Assembly (NCBI GenBank): GCA_963727455.1
Contig: CAVSGG010000012.1
Coordinates: 32,001-96,000 of the forward strand
Direction of reading: 5' to 3'
Source: Candidatus Krumholzibacteriota bacterium
Lineage (GTDB): Bacteria; Krumholzibacteriota; Krumholzibacteriia; JAJRXK01
Length of the DNA stretch: 64,000 bases
Part shown: piece by piece, positions 59,935 to 64,000 of the stretch
How positions within the stretch are numbered: the stretch's first letter is position 1
Layout: each line of letters starts with the position of its first letter
Program-made: the position numbers and the translations under genes
Notes under the pieces: model-generated
The model's input: only the letters and a program-made list of their open reading frames with translations
Told to the model about the DNA's origin: nothing
Databases searched by the model: none

Positions 59935-60813
59935 TTACTGAGACGCCGGGAGCTTGGGCAGGATGACTCCGTCACCACCATAGACGGCTTCGTCCTTGTC
60001 GCTGTAGGCCGATTCGATCCAGCTCGATCGTTTGGCGACCTCCTCCAGAATCGCCTTCACTTGCGTGGCCGCGAAAGCCGCCACCAACTCGTCGGGGATC
60101 CATCCTCCCACCGAGGTCGCGACGGTCCAGGCCAAAAGCGTTCGCTTGTCGTCGAGTTTGCAACAAACATAGGCCCCGTAGTTGGTCGGAACCCAGACTG
60201 CCTCCTGCATCATCTTTTTCGTCACCTCGGGATGCTTGCCGGAGTCCACGAGTTCGGCCGCGATGCGTTTCTCGTTCGGCGCGATGTCCCAGGTCTGGGT
60301 CCAGATGTATCCCTCCGAGGCCTTGGCCAACGCCAGCTCGTTGCGAGCCGTCACTACGGTCTGCCGATCCTTTACTGGCCAGGGGGCATGGATGTACACG
60401 TAGTCGGTGCTGCCCCCCTTCCCATCCTCCGCGTAACGCTGCAGGGTGTAGGTGTCGTTGTGCGCATAGTCCGGATCGATCCCCGCGAGCCACACCGAAC
60501 GCATCGGCATCGCCACGATCTTGTAACCGAACACCCGGTGGTTCACCTGGTCCCTGTCGCCCTGTCTCCCCTCCTTGCGCCGGATCACCACCACCTCCCC
60601 TGCCAGCAGCTGCTGCATCTGATCAGGACTCAAGCCCACCAGCGAGTCCTTGGCGTGCGAGCTGTAGAATTCGATGGCACCCGCCACGGTGCGCGCCAGC
60701 AGGGAATCCGCGCTGGCCGAGGTCTCGGCCGAAGAGGCCTCTGCCTTCGCGCGGGCACCAGGCAGCGCGGCGAGCGCGAGCAGGAGGATCGCAAACGGGC
60801 GAGAGAGGCGCAT
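59935..60813 (-). CDS. Exported START/SRPBCC-like lipid-binding protein
   Basis: Signal peptide (AKA|E); Y....APWPVKDR.V and C-terminal GGWIP..V helix typical of START folds. Confidence 0.65.
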   Translation of the reverse strand: MRLSRPFAILLLALAALPGARAKAEASSAETSASADSLLARTVAGAIEFYSSHAKDSLVGLSPDQMQQLLAGEVVVIRRKEGRQGDRDQVNHRVFGYKIVAMPMRSVWLAGIDPDYAHNDTYTLQRYAEDGKGGSTDYVYIHAPWPVKDRQTVVTARNELALAKASEGYIWTQTWDIAPNEKRIAAELVDSGKHPEVTKKMMQEAVWVPTNYGAYVCCKLDDKRTLLAWTVATSVGGWIPDELVAAFAATQVKAILEEVAKRSSWIESAYSDKDEAVYGGDGVILPKLPASQ

Positions 60814-61004
60814 GGTGCTCACTTGATCGGGTGCTCTTGGAAACGATACCCAGGCAGTGGGAAAAGAGTAGCCAGAAGGCACCAGGGCCGAAAGGGCGCC
60901 GCCTGCTCTTGATCCAAGCTGGCGCGAGGATCTAGCTTGGCGGCGTTCCTGTAGCGATCGCGACGCGATCTTTTGCCCGCCCTTCTTGGAAAGGACCTGC
61001 CGGC

Positions 61005-62207
61005 ATGAAGCTGGTCGAACACCTCGGCAAGCGCCTCCTTGCCCGATCTGGAATTTCGACGCCGAAGAGTGAGCTCGCGAGCTCTTCCGCCGACGCGCTG
61101 CGCGCTGCGGAGAAAGCTCGAGGGGCCCGTGGTCGTCAAGGCTCAGATCTTGGCTCCCGGCCGTGGGAAGCACGGCGGAATTCTCTTCGCTGAAAACGCC
61201 AAGGAGGCGGCCGAAGCGGCCGAGCTCCCTACTGAACAAGAACTTCGGTCCGGAGTTGTGCAGTAGCGTCCTGATCGAGGAACGCTTGAACATCGCCGAG
61301 GAACTCTACCTGGCGTTCACGGTGGACGCTCCGAGTCGCCGACTGAATCTGATCCTCACCCGACACGGCGGCGGAGATGTCGAGAAGATCTTCCGCGAGC
61401 AACCGCAAGATGTGATCGTGGAGCCCATCGGCGCTTTCGAAACCTTCCATCCCTTCAAGGGAAGAGAGCTCGCGCTGAGAATGGGGCTGCGCGGCAAGGC
61501 GGTGTTGAAAGTCGGCGATGCCATCACCAAACTCGTCGCCTGCGGACGCGCGAACGATTGTCGTCTCGCCGAAATCAACCCGCTGGTTCTCACCGAGGAC
61601 GGGCAGGTCGTCGCGGCCGACGCAGTGATGAACGTGGACGAGGACGCCCACTTTCGTCTGCGCTGGATGAACGAGTTCGGATTGTCCATGGAGGAGGAAC
61701 GCCCCCGGCAAGCCACACCGCGCGAGCTCTTGGCGGCGGAGATCGACCGGGTGGATTACCGCGGTTCGGTCCATTATCAGGACATCAACGAGAACGGCGA
61801 CGTGGGAACGGTAACGGTGGGAAGCGGATTCTCCATCACCATGCTCGACGTCCTGGGCAATTACGGACTGAAGCCGGCCAACTTCTGCGACTGCTCGGGA
61901 AGCCCGCCCGCCGAAAAGGTCCGCAAGAGTTGCGAGATCGTTCTGAGCATCCCCAAGATCAAGGCCTTCCTGTTTCTGAGCGGGATCATGACCCAGGACC
62001 TCACCGTCACCGCCCAGGGGATCATCGAAGCCTACCGGGAACTGTCGCCCACCATTCCCTTCATGGTGAAGTTGGCGGGCAATCGCGATCGCGAGGCCTA
62101 CCAGATGATGGTCGATGCCGGTCTGCCCCACGTGTACCAGACGGGAGGATCCGGTGGAGTCGATCGTCGAAGACTGCGTCCGTCTTCTGGAAGAGGGGAA
62201 GAGCTGA
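61005..62207 (+). CDS. ADP-forming acyl-CoA synthetase beta subunit (citryl-CoA synthetase large subunit/SucC-like); indels near 61115, 61228 and 62140
   Basis: MKL.E..GK.LL, VVVKAQI...GRGK.GGI, LIEE, ELYL, LAEINPL, PANF.D..G.PPAEK. Likely true C-terminus REDPVESIVEDCVRLLEEGKS-TGA overlaps the next ATG. Confidence 0.85.
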
Positions 62208-63121
62208 TGGCCATCCTCGTGAATCAAGACACGCGCTGCGTCATCCAGGGAGCCACCGGTCAGGGCGGCAAGCGCTTCATCCAACGCATGATCGACTTCG
62301 GCTCGCCACCGGTGGCGGGCGTCACCCCGGGCAAGGGCGGGGAAGAAGTGGCGGGGGTGCCCGTCTTCGACACCGTCAAGGAAGCGGTGGCCGCAACTAG
62401 CTGTGACTTTTCCTCCATCAACGTGCCTCCCGCGCTGGTGAAGGACGCTGCCTTCGAGGCCTTCGACGCCGGCATCCGCAAGATCTTCATGTACGCCGAG
62501 CGAGTTCCCTTGCACGACGCGATGCAGATCATGGCCTACGGCGACGAAGTCGGCGCCACCATGGTCGGCCCCAACAGCCCCGGCATCGTCAGCCCGGGCA
62601 AGTACCGCCTGGGAGGACTCGGCGGTGACAGAGAGTACGTGGCCGAGATCTTCAAGAAAGGTGAAGTGGGGCTGTGCAGCCGCAGCGGAGGCATGACCTC
62701 GACTTTGGGCTACACCATCAGTCAGGGCGGCCTGGGCCTCACTACCGCGGTGGGCTTGGGCGGGGACGCGATCATCGGCTCGCCCTTCACCAAAGTGCTG
62801 CCGCTCTTCGAAGCCGATCCCGAGACCAAGGCCATCTGCATGTTCTGCGAGATTGGCGGTAGCATGGAAGAGGAAGCGGCCGAGCTCATCAGGAGCGGAG
62901 CCATCAAGAAGCCGATCGTCGCCTTCATCGCCGGCCGCGAGGCGCGCGCCGGCTTCCGTTTCGGACACGCCGGCGCGCTGGTGGAGCGTGGTCGCGGTAC
63001 CTACGAGAGCAAGGTCGAAGCTCTGTCTTCGGCAAAGGTGGCCATCGCCAAGAATCTCAGAGACATTCCGGTTCTCTTGCGCGAAGCCCTGGGCATGCCC
63101 TCGGGCAAGGAGCAGTCATGA
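62207..63121 (+). CDS. ADP-forming acyl-CoA synthetase alpha subunit (citryl-CoA synthetase small subunit/SucD-like)
   Basis: IQGATG..G, GVTPGKGG, GPNSPG, SRSGG, G.GGD, EIGG..EE, phospho-His motif FGHAGA. Confidence 0.92.
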   Translation: MAILVNQDTRCVIQGATGQGGKRFIQRMIDFGSPPVAGVTPGKGGEEVAGVPVFDTVKEAVAATSCDFSSINVPPALVKDAAFEAFDAGIRKIFMYAERVPLHDAMQIMAYGDEVGATMVGPNSPGIVSPGKYRLGGLGGDREYVAEIFKKGEVGLCSRSGGMTSTLGYTISQGGLGLTTAVGLGGDAIIGSPFTKVLPLFEADPETKAICMFCEIGGSMEEEAAELIRSGAIKKPIVAFIAGREARAGFRFGHAGALVERGRGTYESKVEALSSAKVAIAKNLRDIPVLLREALGMPSGKEQS

Positions 63122-63900
63122 CCGACTACAGCTGGAAGACGAGTCTGAGCAAAGTCCTGCCCAACCTCATCCGAGTGCGGGGTTACGACATCAACGAGCT
63201 CATGGAGAAGCTGAGCTTTCCCGGCGCGCTCTACCTCTTGTGGACGGGCAAGGTGCCGGAGAAACCAACCGAGAAACTCATCTCTGCCATCATGGTCTCG
63301 AGCATGGATCACGGGGCTTCTCCCCCTTCGGTGAACGCGGCGCGAATCGTGGCCTCCACCGGAGGAACCCACAACGCGGCCATCGCGGCCGGCGTGCTGG
63401 CTCTGAACAGGTACCACGGCGCCGCGGTCGAAGACTGTATGCAGATGCTCGTGGACTTTTGCCAAGAGAAAGAGGAGAACGGCCAGGAAAACGCGCAAGT
63501 CGCCCATGCCATCCTCGCCCGCCTGAAGGAACGTGGCGAACGCGCCTGGGGCATCGGGCACCGCCTGCACACCGCGGACCCACGGCGCGAGACTCTCTTT
63601 CGCCTGTGCCGCAAATGCGGAGTAGACGGCAAGTACATCGAGGCGGTCGAGGCCATCGCCGCCGCGGTGACCGAGAAGGCCGGCCGGCCCATGCCGGTGA
63701 ACATCGACGGCTGCGTCGCGGCCTGCCTGTGCGAGATCGGATTTCCCAAGACCATGGCAAATGCGCTGTTCATTCTCTCGCGTTCGGCCGGGATCGCGAT
63801 TCAAGCGCGCGAAGAGATGGACACCCAAAAACCCATGCGCAAGATTCACCCTGCGGGTTTCATTTACGATGGACCGGAAGACCGCAAGCTCGAGCTGTAG
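63118..63900 (+). CDS. Citryl-CoA lyase-like protein (citrate-synthase fold, short form)
   Basis: 260 aa; RGY...LM, DHG..PS..AAR..ASTG, HGAA, G.GHR.H..DPR, NIDG, SR..G. ATGA overlap with the alpha subunit. Confidence 0.88.
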   Translation: MTDYSWKTSLSKVLPNLIRVRGYDINELMEKLSFPGALYLLWTGKVPEKPTEKLISAIMVSSMDHGASPPSVNAARIVASTGGTHNAAIAAGVLALNRYHGAAVEDCMQMLVDFCQEKEENGQENAQVAHAILARLKERGERAWGIGHRLHTADPRRETLFRLCRKCGVDGKYIEAVEAIAAAVTEKAGRPMPVNIDGCVAACLCEIGFPKTMANALFILSRSAGIAIQAREEMDTQKPMRKIHPAGFIYDGPEDRKLEL

Positions 63901-64000
63901 TAGACTGGGGCGGAGGTTTCCAGCTCCCCGAACCCCTTGGGTGAATCCGATGCACATGCTCCAATCTGCCGGCCAATCGCCCAAGCGGCGCGCCGCCTTT

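Noticed and set aside
61163-63121. Apparent 652-aa beta-alpha fusion resembling ATP-citrate lyase
   Set aside because: The alternative frame after ~62140 gives a helical C-terminus ending in TGA overlapping the alpha ATG. The fusion is best explained by a single indel.
63901-64000. GC-rich stems after the lyase as a tRNA or ncRNA
   Set aside because: No cloverleaf or T-loop consensus on either strand, and the window ends here.
1-64000. CRISPR array, prophage, IS element or defence system
   Set aside because: No repeat-spacer array, integrase, transposase, phage structural gene or recognisable defence gene seen by eye.

Overview
GC-rich bacterial chromosomal window, mostly core metabolism. 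I saw no rRNA, tRNA, CRISPR array or mobile element. Positions 1-~3410 hold a beta-propeller/di-haem cytochrome c gene, an aldo/keto reductase and a discoidin + TolB/HZS-alpha-like gene. This block is indel-rich and ends at an apparent junction near 3411 where two convergent genes are both cut, which suggests a chimeric join. After it come phzF-nfeD-stomatin, then glnA divergent from phoH2-lgt-two RNA methyltransferases. A ~29 kb minus-strand run follows: nuoA-N (fused nuoCD), sulfatase-like, GT-C-like, AMMECR1, suhB, nhaC, SAM hydrolase, MBL hydrolase, lipoprotein, metH, a Met-rich DUF1579 protein and a hypothetical. The rest holds pabB plus a class IV aminotransferase, a parvulin, a tandem GAPDH pair with one divergent copy, a beta-decarboxylating dehydrogenase plus Na+/solute symporter, djlA, a two-permease RND system, an MFS transporter, an exported START-domain protein and a citryl-CoA synthetase-like/citryl-CoA lyase-like trio. 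The best leads are the CoA-ligase/lyase trio, the coupled GAPDH pair, the hydrazine-synthase-like gene pair and the symmetric glnA/phoH promoter region. Many frameshifts look like sequencing indels rather than pseudogenes. All family calls come from motif recognition by eye, not database searches.
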